From Eledone cirrhosa (taxonomy: Eukaryota), in the NCBI GenBank assembly GCA_964016885.1, contig OZ024742.1, forward strand, positions 108,934,001-108,997,833: a stretch of DNA of 63,833 nucleotides. Direction: 5' to 3'. The notes beneath the pieces were generated by a model that was not told the origin of the DNA, made no database searches, and saw only the letters and a program-made list of their open reading frames with translations. The position numbers and the translations under genes were made by a program. Position 1 is the first letter of the stretch, and every line of letters begins with the position of its first letter. Shown one piece after another: positions 25,791 through 37,869 of the stretch.

Positions 25791-27620
25791 TATTATTATT
25801 TTTTTCATTTATCTTGCTTTATGTTCATACAAGTTATCACCAAGTCATAACCAGTGACCTCAAGAGACAAGGTCTGCCATGTTCAAGAAAAAACACATAC
25901 ATGTATCTTTATGTGTTTACACTTGTGATATACTGATATTAACAGAATCTTCCTTAGTATATGGGCAGTTCCCTAGTACTATCTTTTGTATTTCTTCTAT
26001 ACGCGGGTTTCCTGGGATTTGGGATAAGTAATCATTTGATCCCTTAGGTATTATTCCCAGAGCGCCTACAACCACTACTATTGTTTTAGTTTTCAACTTC
26101 CACATTTTTCCAATCTCTATTTCCAGATCTTTATATTTGCTCAATTTTTCAAATGTTTTTATAGATACATTCTTGTCTATTGGAACGGACATATCAATTA
26201 GCAGGCATACCCTCTTTTTAAAGTCCTTCAGTATTATATCAGGTCTATTTGCATCTATTTTTCGGTCTGTTTGGATGCTAAAGTTCCACAAGATTGAGAT
26301 GTGATCTTTTTCAAGTATGGGAGGTGGTTGATGCTCCCACCAATTCTTTTGATGGAGCAGGTCAAAATGCTTACACATTATCCAATGTATGTATTGTGCA
26401 GCTCTGTCATGCTTGTTTAGGTATTCAGTTGGAGCTATAGGACTGCACATTGAAATTATATGATCAATGGTCTCTGGTTGTTTTTTACATACACAGCATA
26501 ATGGGTTGCATCCATTTTTTATTATGTTGGCTTGGTAATTTTTTGTTGGCAGACACTGATCTTGTGCTGATATAATCAGTCCTTCAGTCTCCGATTTCAG
26601 TCCAGAGGATGCCAACCACTGATGGGTTAAAGTTTTGTCAACATCAGGATTGTTAGTTCTTTCTGGGTATTTTCCATACAGAGGCTTTTCTTGCCATTTC
26701 TTAGCCAGTTTCTGTAGCAGTTCTTTCTTTGCAGTTACTTTTACCTGCTTTGCTTTTTCTGTATTTTTCATATCAGCAGTAAAGGGAACTTCTGAAATTT
26801 GTAGTTCATTATTGTTTCTATGTGCATCTTTTGTAATGGAGTATGATCTTTTGCTGCTTTCATGTTTCAAAACGAGTTTGATCATCCAATCATGTGATTC
26901 CCTTAGATATGTAGATAATTCAATTGTTGCAGTTTTCAAAGAAATATCTAACTCGATTAATCCACATCCTCCTTCTTTCCTTGGGAGATATATTCTATCT
27001 ATCTGATATAGGATGATGCATTCTCTGCATGGTTAAGAATTTTCTCATTTTTGCATCGAGTTTGCAATTCTCTGTGCTTAACCGGTTGATGACATTGAAA
27101 CTGTAGGTTACTACTGCTATGGCAAGTGTGTTTATGGCATCGATCCTATTCCTTGCATTCAATTCCGTTCTTAAGATTGCTCTTACTCTGCTGTAACATT
27201 CCTTCCTTATCCTTCCCCTCATTATCGAGTGTTTGATTCTGTCTCCTTCACAAACACCTAGAAACTTATAAGTTTCTTCTTGATCAAGTTCTCTTATCAC
27301 ATTCTCCCAATCAAGATTAATGTCTGAACTTTTCAACAGCTCTCCTCTGATGAATGTGGCTTTGGCTCATTTATCTAGTCCAAACTCCATTTTAATATCA
27401 TCACTAAACTGCTTCACAGTGGATAATAGCCCTTGCAGTTCATTACTTTTTGCAAATAGCTTCAGGTCATCCATGTAGAACAAGTGATTAATGGTTTTGT
27501 CATAGACTTTATATCCATGTTTTGTTTCATTGAGCATTTTACTTAATGGTATAAGTGTGATGCAGAATAAAAGTGGCGATAAAGAATCACCCTGAATATT
27601 TCCACAATTAATATCAACTT
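25790..27620 (-). mobile_element. R4/Dong-like RLE non-LTR retrotransposon, better preserved copy
   Basis: RT motifs QGDSLSPLLFC and FYMDDLKLF (27340-27600); the 3' end runs into (TAA)n at 25789-25800. Confidence 0.9.
25917..26939 (-). pseudogene. C-terminal zinc knuckle plus restriction-like endonuclease (RLE) of the R4/Dong element
   Basis: 340-aa ORF with CxxC..ETIDHIISMC, KHD, RPDIILKD, LIDMSVP and KLSKYKDL motifs; frameshifted from the upstream RT. Confidence 0.85.
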
Positions 27621-29019
27621 CTGCTTCCAGTCATTTTTTTACATTGTTCAAAATGTGTGTTGTTTTCCATGTTTTCATACTGAATGATGGGAAGCTCTGT
27701 TGTTGTTGTTTCTGCAGCTGCTGTTGTTGTTGTCAATATTATTTGTATTTTATGTATGTCTGCTTGTTCCAGTACATATTTCAAAGAATGCTTGCTTTAC
27801 ATCTTGGGAAGACATTCATCATCATCATACTTAGCACCAAAATTCTTCATGGTTAATTAATGGCAGTGTCAGCAATTTCTTAAGATAGGAGTCATTCTCT
27901 AAGCTCCATCCACCTGTTGTTCTATGTTGTTTCTGCAGGTTGTTGTTCTCACAGGCAGACAAATATCTTTGAAAGATTCTTTCAAATTGCTAAATTTTAA
28001 TTGCTGGAATCACGTCCTCACTTCATACACTGCTGTCATTCTTGAACTTATTTCATTTTTATATTTTTATTATTATGTTTTTTGTGACCTTTCATCATTT
28101 TCTCTTTTAACTATTAATTCTTTTGACACCAAGCTACTTAAAAACTGGCCCTTCCATGATACTAGGCTATTTATTTTAAAGCATCGATATTTATATTTTA
28201 AAACATTTATATTTGTCTAAAACCCTTCCATTATAATTTTATGCATGAACCTTTAAGTTATGCTAAAAAAAACAAAACAAGCTTGAACACGAGATAGATA
28301 TATTACTAAATCTTTCCAAATTCTTGATTATTTTCAAAATTATTTGAGAGAAATAGGAAGTGACTTTCAGTGGTTTCTATAGCTGCATGCCCTTCCTAAT
28401 TCCAAGTACCTTACAATCTATCCTTTGATCATTTTATTATGACTCCAACACCACCACATTTCAGGGTGAACTGAGTGCATTCTGTTGTAGCATTAGCACC
28501 ACCAACTTACATGGTGAACTGGGTGTGAGTATAACTTAACAAAGGTTTTTACATAACATTAGGATGGAGAATTTTTAGATAAATTTAACCACTTTAAAAT
28601 AAACAACTTTGTATTGTAGAATCAGGCAGTTAAATATTTACAAATGTGTGCCAACAACCGCTCAGCCTATGAAACTATTAAGGCCCTAAGCTTAAACTAA
28701 TGCCATGAATTAAATATATATATATACACACACACATATACAGATATTTTGTTTTCTAATCTTTCTGGTTTTTTTTTTCAATTATTTTAATCTTCGAAAT
28801 TGCAGCTTCCTTTTGTTCTTCAATATGTCTTCCAAATCTGTCTGTTTGTCTTATTGATTTTAATCCCAGCCATATTGTCCTCCCCACTCCTCTGTTAATG
28901 CTGCTAATATCCCTTTCCAGTTAATAATCTTTTTCAATCTTGGCGATTTGTGTAATGTTTGTATCCAATTATTATTATTATATTTTTTTTGTGAATGGGG
29001 GGATATTCACTTTGTATTG

Positions 29020-29320
29020 CCACCACCACTACAACACAACAACCACAATCATTATCATGACAAACACCAGTATGTCATGACACCCACCACCACCACCTAC
29101 ACTACAACATTAACCATTACTACCACAGCTACAACAATCACAATTACAACCACAACAATCACTACCATCACCATCGCCACCACAGCAATCATGACCACCA
29201 CCACCACAACAATCACCATCACCACCATGACTACCACCATCACCACGACTACTACCACTATCACCACCACAACAATCACCATCATCAACACCCACCACAA
29301 CAATAACCTCCACCACTACC
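29020..29320. repeat. (ACC/ACA/ATC)n low-complexity tract
   Basis: Directly visible. Confidence 0.9.
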
Positions 29321-29699
29321 ATATCTATTGCAACAGATCCAACTTTAATATTTTCTGTTTACATCAAGGGTGGTGCCCCAGCATGGCCTCAGCCGGATGG
29401 CTGAAACAGGTAAAAGGGTAAAAGAGTAATACCAGTAATGTATGTAGTTTGATGTTTAAATAAAAGGGAATAAAACCTTGAAACAATGGATCTAATCACT
29501 GTATGGACGGAAGAAACTGTGTGTGTGTTCGTGTTTGTGTAGAAGTAGTTGATAGCTTTTTTCCCTAGGTGATTTAACTACCGTATCTTTTGTGTATGCT
29601 GCGCAGCTTTTTTTACTTTTCTCCTTGTTTGTTTTGGAGGTCCATGGTATACACCAAAACTAGGCTTTCCCAGACATTTTCCTGGTCAAAAAGGGGTAC

Positions 29700-30315
29700 G
29701 CATTATACATGAATGCACAATACACAGAAGAATACAGTAACAGTGGAGGATATTGCTCTGAAAGCATAGTAGTTAGAAAAAGAACAGGATGGAAAAAAGT
29801 TCAGTGGGTTGCTGTCACTATTGACAAAGAAAGGGATTTTATCTCTGAGTAAAACGTAGGTTGTATGATGCTTACATGAGAAGTGCGATGTTGTCTGGTT
29901 GGGAGACATGGACAATAAATGCAGAGGATATGAAAAGGCTGGAGCAAAATGAAGTGAACATGCTTCGATAGATGTGTAACATTAATGTGCATGAAAGGCA
30001 AAGCACAGAGGAGCTAAGAGAAAAATAAAGTATAGGAGGAATGAGATATTGTGTGTGAGAGAGAAGATTACACTGGTTTGGTCATGTGATGCATATAGAT
30101 GATGATCATTGGGTGAAGAAGTTCCAAGCAATCCCAGTGGGGAAAGAAGCTGTAGAAAAAGAAGACCAAGAATAACCTGATCAGAGTTGGTGAGAGCTAA
30201 TCTCAAAATATTAGACCTCACAGAGATGACAAAGAACATATAGAGCTTTGTCAGAAAAGACCTGTCCAACCCATGCAATCATTGATGGATAAAATAAGGT
30301 GGTGATGATGATGAT
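29700..30315 (+). mobile_element. RTE LINE 3' region, decayed
   Basis: Remnants homologous to 40924-41484 (KKFSGLLSLLTKKGFYL, WFGHVMH) and a (GAT)n tail. Confidence 0.7.
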
Positions 30316-30489
30316 GGGTATGTGTGTTTGTTTTTATTAAGTGGTTTTGATGAGATTAGAGTTTCTAAATGGTCTGAAGAATGAGGAAGTAATAAATGAT
30401 ACAAAAGACAATTGGAAGCAAAGTAGAGCAACAGCAACAACAACAACAACAGCCCAAATAATAAAAACAAGTAAATAGTAAATAAATAC

Positions 30490-31240
30490 TTAAATGATAA
30501 TGGTGGTTGTGAAGATGGTGATCCTTTGGATGATGATGGTGATGATGGTAGTGATGGTGATGGTAGTGGGAATGATGCTAATCATGAGGATGATTGTGGT
30601 GATGGTAGGATTGGGGTGGTGGTGATGATAATGGTGGCAGAGATGGTGATGCTGGTGGTAATGGTTGGAGTGGGAATGATGATGGTGATACTTCACTGAT
30701 GCTCAAGACATCTCCAAGAAAGATTAATTCCATGTTCCTTTTTTTTGTCTTTGTTTTATATGCTTAATTTGTAAACGTAGTAGTAGTAGTGGTGGTGGCA
30801 GTGGTATTAGTAGCAGTAGCAGCAGCAGCAGTAGTAGTAGTAGTAGTAGCAGCAGCAGTGACGGTGGCGGTGGTGTTAGTAACAGCAGCAGTAGTAGTAG
30901 TAGTGATAGCAGCAGCAGCAGCAGCAGCAGCAATGACATTGATAATAACAATAGCAATAATCATTATGATTTCATTTATTGGCCACAAGAGCCCCCGACA
31001 TTGTGGGACAAGACAAATAGGAAAAACAACAGCAATAATAACAAAAACAATAATAATCATTATTTATTTTATTTGCCACAAGGGCAGCAGATGGGGACAT
31101 TATGTTACTACTACTACTACTACTACTAATAATAATGATGATATTATAGTAGTAGTAGTAATAGTAGTAGTAGTAGTAGTAGTAGACATGATTGTGATAA
31201 TAATAATGATACTAGTGATGATAATAATAATAATAATAAT
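30490..31240. repeat. mixed trinucleotide repeats (GAT/GGT, TAG/CAG, TAA)
   Basis: Directly visible. Confidence 0.9.
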
Positions 31241-31775
31241 TTAGTTGAAGTCTTGAGGAATTTTTCTTCATTTCCTGTCACAGTGTGTTTATTCTACTTT
31301 ATGAGAATTAAAACTATATTGATTTTATTGATCTTTACTATTTCTGAGATAATTTATCAATGCAACTTGTTCTGTTGATTAATAATAACGAAGGGTTTGG
31401 TTAATTAAGTTAGCCATTTCTATTGTCTCGATTGGTTTATTGATTACCTGATTGGTTTATTACTATCACTTCACTAAACTAACTATCACACCACTAACCT
31501 ACTATCTCTGGCAATAGATTGTACTTATGTCTCTGGCTTCACTATAGGACCTATCACATAACAGATTAACTATCACACCACTAACCTACTATATCTGACA
31601 ATAGACTGTACCTATGTCTCTGGCTTCACTATAGAACATATCACATGACAGATTAACTATCATATCACTAAATTACTATAACTGACAATAGACTGTACCT
31701 GTCTCTGGCTTCTCTATAGAACCTATCACATAACAGATTAACTATCACACTTCTAACCTACTATCTCTGGCAATA

Positions 31776-34643
31776 CAGTGAGCGACAACTGGCCCCCATC
31801 TTCGACGACTTTGAGATCTACGCATCTCTCTGTCAGCCGGGAGGTGGGGGTGGGGTTGCCGTTTTGCTGCGGAAACACCTGGACCTCGTAACATAGATGG
31901 TACATCTGGATCCGGAGGGTTGACTGGTGGTCCTAGACGTTGACGGTAGTGAAGGTGGAGCCTTCAGGCTGGTGGCCACATATGCCCCATCCAGGACACC
32001 GCGGCCAGACTTCTTCAAACGTCTAGAGACTTTTCTGGGAACGTCCCGCTCCCTGCTGTTAGTGGGGGACTGGAATGGAATCCTAGATGCACGTTGAGAC
32101 TATGTGGGAGCATGTCCCGATAGAAGGGGGTGTCACAGCCTCAAACAGTTAATCGGCCGATTTGACCTGGCTGATAGATATCGACTAGATTTTCCGACTG
32201 TGCCACTGTGGACGTGGACTAATCGCAGCGGAACATCTAGATCGTACCTAGATAGGGTTCTAGTTAGAAAGAAGGATAGGGACATGTTAAGCTGTCCACA
32301 AATGTTCATGGTTGCCTATTCAGATCACAAATTAGTGACCTGCTTAGTCAACCTTGACAAAACCCATAGTCAAGGACCCGGCTACTGGAAACTGAACTTG
32401 TCGTTACTGACAGGCAAAGCCTACAGTAGACGGATTAGCACTTTAGTTAAGCAGCACTTGACGGTGGCCATTGTCAACAACAGATGGTGGTACTCTCTCA
32501 AGAGGGCAGTTAGATTAGACTCGATAGGTTTTAGTAAAGAATTAGTGTTAGATAGAAATAAGACCGAAAAGGAACTGGTAGATAAAGTAGAAGAGGCACT
32601 TATGAGTGGCAATGTAGCCAGCGTGCTAGCGACGAGAACGGCCTTGGACCAGTTCTTCGACGCAAAGCATGAAGGCTGCGTTGTCAGAAGCAAAATACAT
32701 GCTCTGGGAAATGAGGGAGCCAAAGCTGTTAGCTGGGCCCGAGTGATGGAGGCGAAAAGTGGCAACAAGTCCACGATTCAGTCTTTGAAGGACCAAAACG
32801 GACGCGTGATACGTGAGTCGAAGCAGATGTGTGCAGCCTTTCAGAGGCACTTTGCTCAACTGTTCGGGCGGGGCGCCGCGCCGGGAGAGGCTATGGATTT
32901 TGGTCCATACCTCGACGGCCTACCGCGACTCTCGGACAGCGAGGCAAAGTTCTGCGAAAAGCCGATTTCAGCCACTGAGATAGAGGACGCGCTGAGCCAA
33001 TGTGGCAAACGCAAATCTCCAGGTCTCGACGGTCTACCTTATGAATTTTACGTAGCAATGCCGGACTTGTTCTCCGGTCTCCTGGAAGCGGTCTACTGCA
33101 ACTGGCAGCAGAACGGGAGAATTCCCAGTCATGTGACCAAGGGCGTAATTACGTTAGTCAGGAAGGACGAGAACAAGGGGGATGACATAGGCAACTTCCG
33201 GCCCATAACTCTGCTCAGCACAGAGTTACAGATTTTGGCCAAGGTGTTGGCAAAGAGGCTGGCGCTTGTCGTCGAAAACCTGGTGGGAGAAGCGCAGACA
33301 TGCGCAATCCCGACCAGGTCCATACATGACAACCTCCACCTCATGCGATACATCATAGAGAGGGTAGGGTGTAAACCCGGCTTCGGTGGGGCCCTGATCA
33401 ACTTGGATTAGTCTAAGGCTTTCGATAGGGTTGAGTATCGTTACCTGGATGTGGTGCTCGAGGCGGCAGGCTTCGGTCCCGTGTTCAGGGGCTTGATTGC
33501 TGCAATGCACAACAGCAACATCTGCTCAAGGGTCAAGGTGAACGGCTACCTCTCGGAGCTGTTCCATATCACGCTATCCATCCCACAGGGATGCCCTCTC
33601 TCCTCCCTTCTGTACGTACTGACTCTCGAGCCACTATTGCGGAAGTTGGAGCTATTGCAGGGCATCCCTTTGGAACCGGGACTGCGAAAAGTGACATGAC
33701 AGTAATGGTGTCGAGCACCTCGCAAATCGGAGGAGATCGGCACCTTACTGGAGGAATACGAAAGGTTCACAGGAGCGAAGCTGAACTGGGACAAATCCGT
33801 CGGTTTGCAACTCGGAACGTGGAGAGGCAAACCGATGCCTTCCGATGACGTCGTCGGACGCTGGACGGAAGGACCGGTAAAGCTGCTCGGGGTCTGGTTT
33901 GGTCCTGTCCTCCAGGTAGAGAAGAACTGGAACGAGGTGACGGCCAAGATGTTTGCGCTCACCCAGAAGTGGGCCGAGTGCAAACTATCCTTGAAAGGTC
34001 GAGCGGAGGTGGCAAACACTTTTATAGCGTCCGTCATCTACTACCGCTTGACCGTTGTGGCTTGTCCAGCCAAAACGCTCACCAATTCGTGAGGCGAGCC
34101 TTCCCACGACTCGTCTCGCTGACCGAGCTGCAGATCTGGGTCAAGCAAAGACCGAGGAAAATGGGCGACTGGCATATCAAGCTCTACAGACGCGAGCGCC
34201 CGGGTAGGGACCCTTCGAAAAAGACCTGTCCGAGATGCGTGCGCGACGAGGAAACCGTCGCGCGTGCATTTGTACACTGCCCGGGCGTTACCGACCTGTG
34301 GGGCTATGTAGAATGACTATTGTCGTGGGTGGGACCAATCTAGTTGACCACCGAGTCCATTATCATGATCAAACCGCCACCCTCCTTCAAAAACGAGAGA
34401 GAGGCGGTTTTCCTATGTGTTATGGCTATGGTGAAAGAGGTTATATGGTGGACGAGGTTAAAAGAGCTGAGGTCAGACACCTTTCTCTCCAGCGAGCAAC
34501 TGATTCGTTTTTTCAAATATCATTTTGGAAGAAGAATCAGAATGGAGAGAGAGGTGCTGTACCCCAGCAAATTTTATAAAAGGTGGGCGAATGTGGCAAA
34601 GTTGGCCCGAGTGGTTGGGCCTTCTCTCTATATAAGCCTGTAG
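31776..34643 (+). pseudogene. L1/Tx1 ORF2 (APE plus RT), disrupted
   Basis: VGDWNGILD, SYLDRVLV, SDHKLV, GPGYWKLN, KSPGLDGLPYEFY, NFRPITLL, LD*SKAFDRV and QGCPLS; has stops and frameshifts, and no YADD motif is visible. Confidence 0.85.
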
Positions 34644-34868
34644 GTTGAGGAAAGAGAGGAAGGGAGTACTCACTCTTGGTGCTCCTGGAGATGAGGGTTG
34701 TACATTTTTTCGGGGTGTGTACAACCCCTGTGTAACACATCCCCCCTATTGGGGATTTCAATTGTTATTTGTTATTGTATTAATAGTTTTATTTTCATAT
34801 ACCTGTATGTAAACTCCCCATTTGTATTTGTCCCCTTCTTTTGTGCCCTTGTGGCTAATAAAGAAATT
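31776..34868 (+). mobile_element. Tx1/L1-clade LINE, 5'-truncated, with a 14-bp TSD
   Basis: TSD TATCTCTGGCAATA at 31762-31775 and 34869-34882; APE, RT and C-terminal CPRC..ET..A.VHC motifs; AATAAA near the 3' end. Confidence 0.9.
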
Positions 34869-36117
34869 TATCTCTGGCAATAGATTGCACTTAAGTTCTA
34901 TAGTGGAGCCAGAGACATATCTCATAACAGATTAACTATCATATCACTAACTTACTATATCTGACAAAAGACTGTACCTATGTCTCTGGCTTCTCTATAG
35001 AACTTATCACATAACAGATTAACTATCATACTTTTAACCTACTATATCTGGCAATAGATTGCACTTATGTCTCTGGCTTCACTATAGAACCTATCACATA
35101 ACAGATTAACTATCATATCACTAATTTACTATATCTGACAATAGACTGTACCTATGTCTCTGGCTTCACTATAGAACCTATCACATCACTAAATTGACTA
35201 TCATGCCACTAACCTACCATATCCATCAATAGAGTGCACCTATCTCTATTGCTTCACTATAGAATCTTCTATCATGTCGCTAACCCACTATATATATCTA
35301 TTGCTTCACTGTAGTATCTTCTATCATACCATTAACCTAGTTTATCCATCATCAACAGACTGTACCTCTCTCTATTGATTCACTATAGTATCTTTTATCA
35401 CTTCACTAATCTGTGGCAATAAACTGTATCTATGTCTGTCACACCACCAACCTACTATCTCTCGCAATAGATTATACCCAGCTCTGTCATATCTCTAACC
35501 CACTATATCCATCAATAGACTGTATCTATTATTCACTATAGAACCTTCTGTTGCATCACTAATCCACTATATCCATGAGTAGTCTACTCCACAAAATTAC
35601 TGTTCAGTCCATTACTTGTTCTCTCTTGTTCCTGTATTTCATCTATCTTCTCATCTTAAACATATCTGTGCTGCAAAAACAGAGTGGATTGCTGCTTCAG
35701 TCCCAAGAGATCTCCAAGGAGCAGTGGGAGTGAGGTTTGGGCCTGGGAGTGAGAGTGCCAAATCTCTTGTGGTTAAAATAGAAACGGAATGGAATCATAG
35801 CTGACTCTCAAGTCTCAGAGGGGATATGTGACAGTGAATAACATTTCCATAGAAGTGTTCTTCAGTTCTTGTTCTTTTCTTTTTTTCTTTTCTTTTTTTA
35901 ACATTTCCATCATGTAACAGTGGAATGGTGGAGAGTGGGGATGGGGGTGAGAAATGAGGGTTGGGTGGGAGTGAGAATAAAGTGAGAAGTGAGCAGTGTT
36001 CTGATGTTGGTTAATCCTTTTGATACCAAACTGCCTGAAACCAGCCCCGGTTCTATGATACAGAACTGTTTATTTTAAAGTTTATATTTATCTAAAAACC
36101 TTCCATTATAATTTTAT

Positions 36118-36506
36118 AGGGCGGTGGATTGGCAGTATCGGTAGAGAGTCGGACACCATGCTTTGAAGCATAGAGTTACGTCCCTTTATGATCTGAGTTC
36201 AAATCCAGCCGAGGTTAACTTTGCCTTTCATCCTTACGGGGTCGATAAAATAAAGTACCAGTAATGAACTGGGTAATCGCTGGCCTTGTGCCTAAAGTAG
36301 AAACAATTATAATTTTATAGGGCGGTGGATTGGCAGTATCGGTAGAGAGTCGGACGCCATTCTTTGAAGCATAGAGTTACGTCCCTTTATGATCTGCGTT
36401 CAAATCCCGCCGAGGTTAACTTTGCCTTTCATCCTTACGGGGTCGATAAAATAAAGTACCAGTAATGTACTGGGTAATTGCTGGCCTTGTGCCAAAAGTA
36501 GAAACA
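36118..36506 (+). mobile_element. two head-to-tail tRNA-derived SINEs (201-bp period)
   Basis: A-box-like TGGCAGTATCGG and B-box GTTCAAATCC; ATTATAATTTTAT occurs before, between and after the copies. Confidence 0.9.
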
Positions 36507-36949
36507 ATTATAATTTTATGCAAGAATATTTCTTAAGTTATGTTCCAAGCACCAACTTAATAAGAAAGTTAGTTATATCATTAAATTCCTCCAAATTCTT
36601 GAGTATTTTCAAAATTATTTGAAAATCATAAAGCAGTGACTTTCATCAGGAATATGGAAACAAAAAGTTTAAAGTTCTTATATTTACCTAAAACCCTTCC
36701 ATTATAATTTTCTGTGAGAGCCTTTCTTAAGTTATGCTCCAAACACCAACTTAATGAGTAAGTTAGTTTTATCACTAAATCTTCAAAAATTCTTGAGTAT
36801 TTTGAAAATTATTTGAAATCGTAGGCAGTGGCTATCATTAAAAATAGGGCAATAAAAAAGGTTAATTTATGTTAGAAACTTGTTGGATAAGAATAGTCAC
36901 AATTAAAACACTACAACAATATGTTTAGAATGTCTGATTCTATATTTAT

Positions 36950-37220
36950 TATTGTAAAGGTACATGGTTTAGTGGGTAGGGTGTTCAGCTCATGATCATA
37001 AGATCGTCGTTTTGATTGTTGATAGCACTCAACAGGCAAAAAGGAGTTGTACCTGTAGGTCAAAGAACCCACCTTGTTGTACACTGTCATGCTGAATCAC
37101 CCTTAAAACTACGTTCAGAGTACATATGTCTGAGGAATGCTCAGTCACTTGCACATTAAGTTTCATTGATTGAACAACTGGAACACTTGTTATTGGTATC
37201 ACCTGAGATCCAGCAAACAA
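36950..37220 (+). mobile_element. decayed tRNA-derived SINE (third family)
   Basis: tRNA-like head TGGTTTAGTGGGTAGGGTGTTCAGCTCATGATCATAAG; a related head lies at ~13415. Confidence 0.45.
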
Positions 37221-37869
37221 CTACTTATATTTTACAAATTTATTGAAAGAGAACAACCACAATGGAACATTGTCTATCTAGGACTGCACTATCCAATGTG
37301 TGCCCTCTGTTTTTAAAGGTGGACGCATATGGTATAAAGGAAAATCATTTCTATCAGATCAAAGGGTCTTCAATGGCTCATAATATACATTTAATCTTCT
37401 AGTGGCCCTGTGTCATCAATATTGATGGCAGTAATGTTGAGCATATGAAATTTATGGAGCTCATTTGTATTCAGTATATACCAGGATTACCAGATATATG
37501 AATAATCATTCAAACTGGAAGATTTGCATTTTAATAAATTTATAGTTTGCAATAGTTAATGTTGATTACTAACACGTGAAAGTGATTAAAGATAAGAATG
37601 GCGTTTTAATATTCTATTTCTGGGATATAATTACATATATTCAGCATATGTTCAGCATATATGTACAAATGACATACAGGATTTAATGTATGAGTAACTT
37701 TGGAGAAATAACTATTTACATGGACAGATTAGAACCTAGGACCTTGTAATTAGAAAGAAAACTTTTTATTGTAGCAACATGACTTATATAGGAAATGGAC
37801 TGTGTGTATGTTTGTGTCTGCACATTTTAAAGACTTACAGGCATATATATATATATATATATATATATA

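Larger units (their letters stand above)
31475..35580. repeat. 87-bp minisatellite split by a LINE insertion
   Basis: Unit ACTATMTCTGRCAATAGAYTGYAC...TAACTATCAYAYCACTAA starts at 31501 and 31588, then 35041 and 35128; it decays toward 35580. Confidence 0.85.

Noticed and set aside
28948-31244. Thr-, Val-, Ala- and His-rich ORFs resembling mucins or membrane proteins (also 46541-47039)
   Set aside because: They are trinucleotide repeat translations open in several frames and on both strands.
35616-35804. Possible host exon in non-repetitive sequence
   Set aside because: It has no recognisable protein similarity or convincing splice context, so it cannot be supported.
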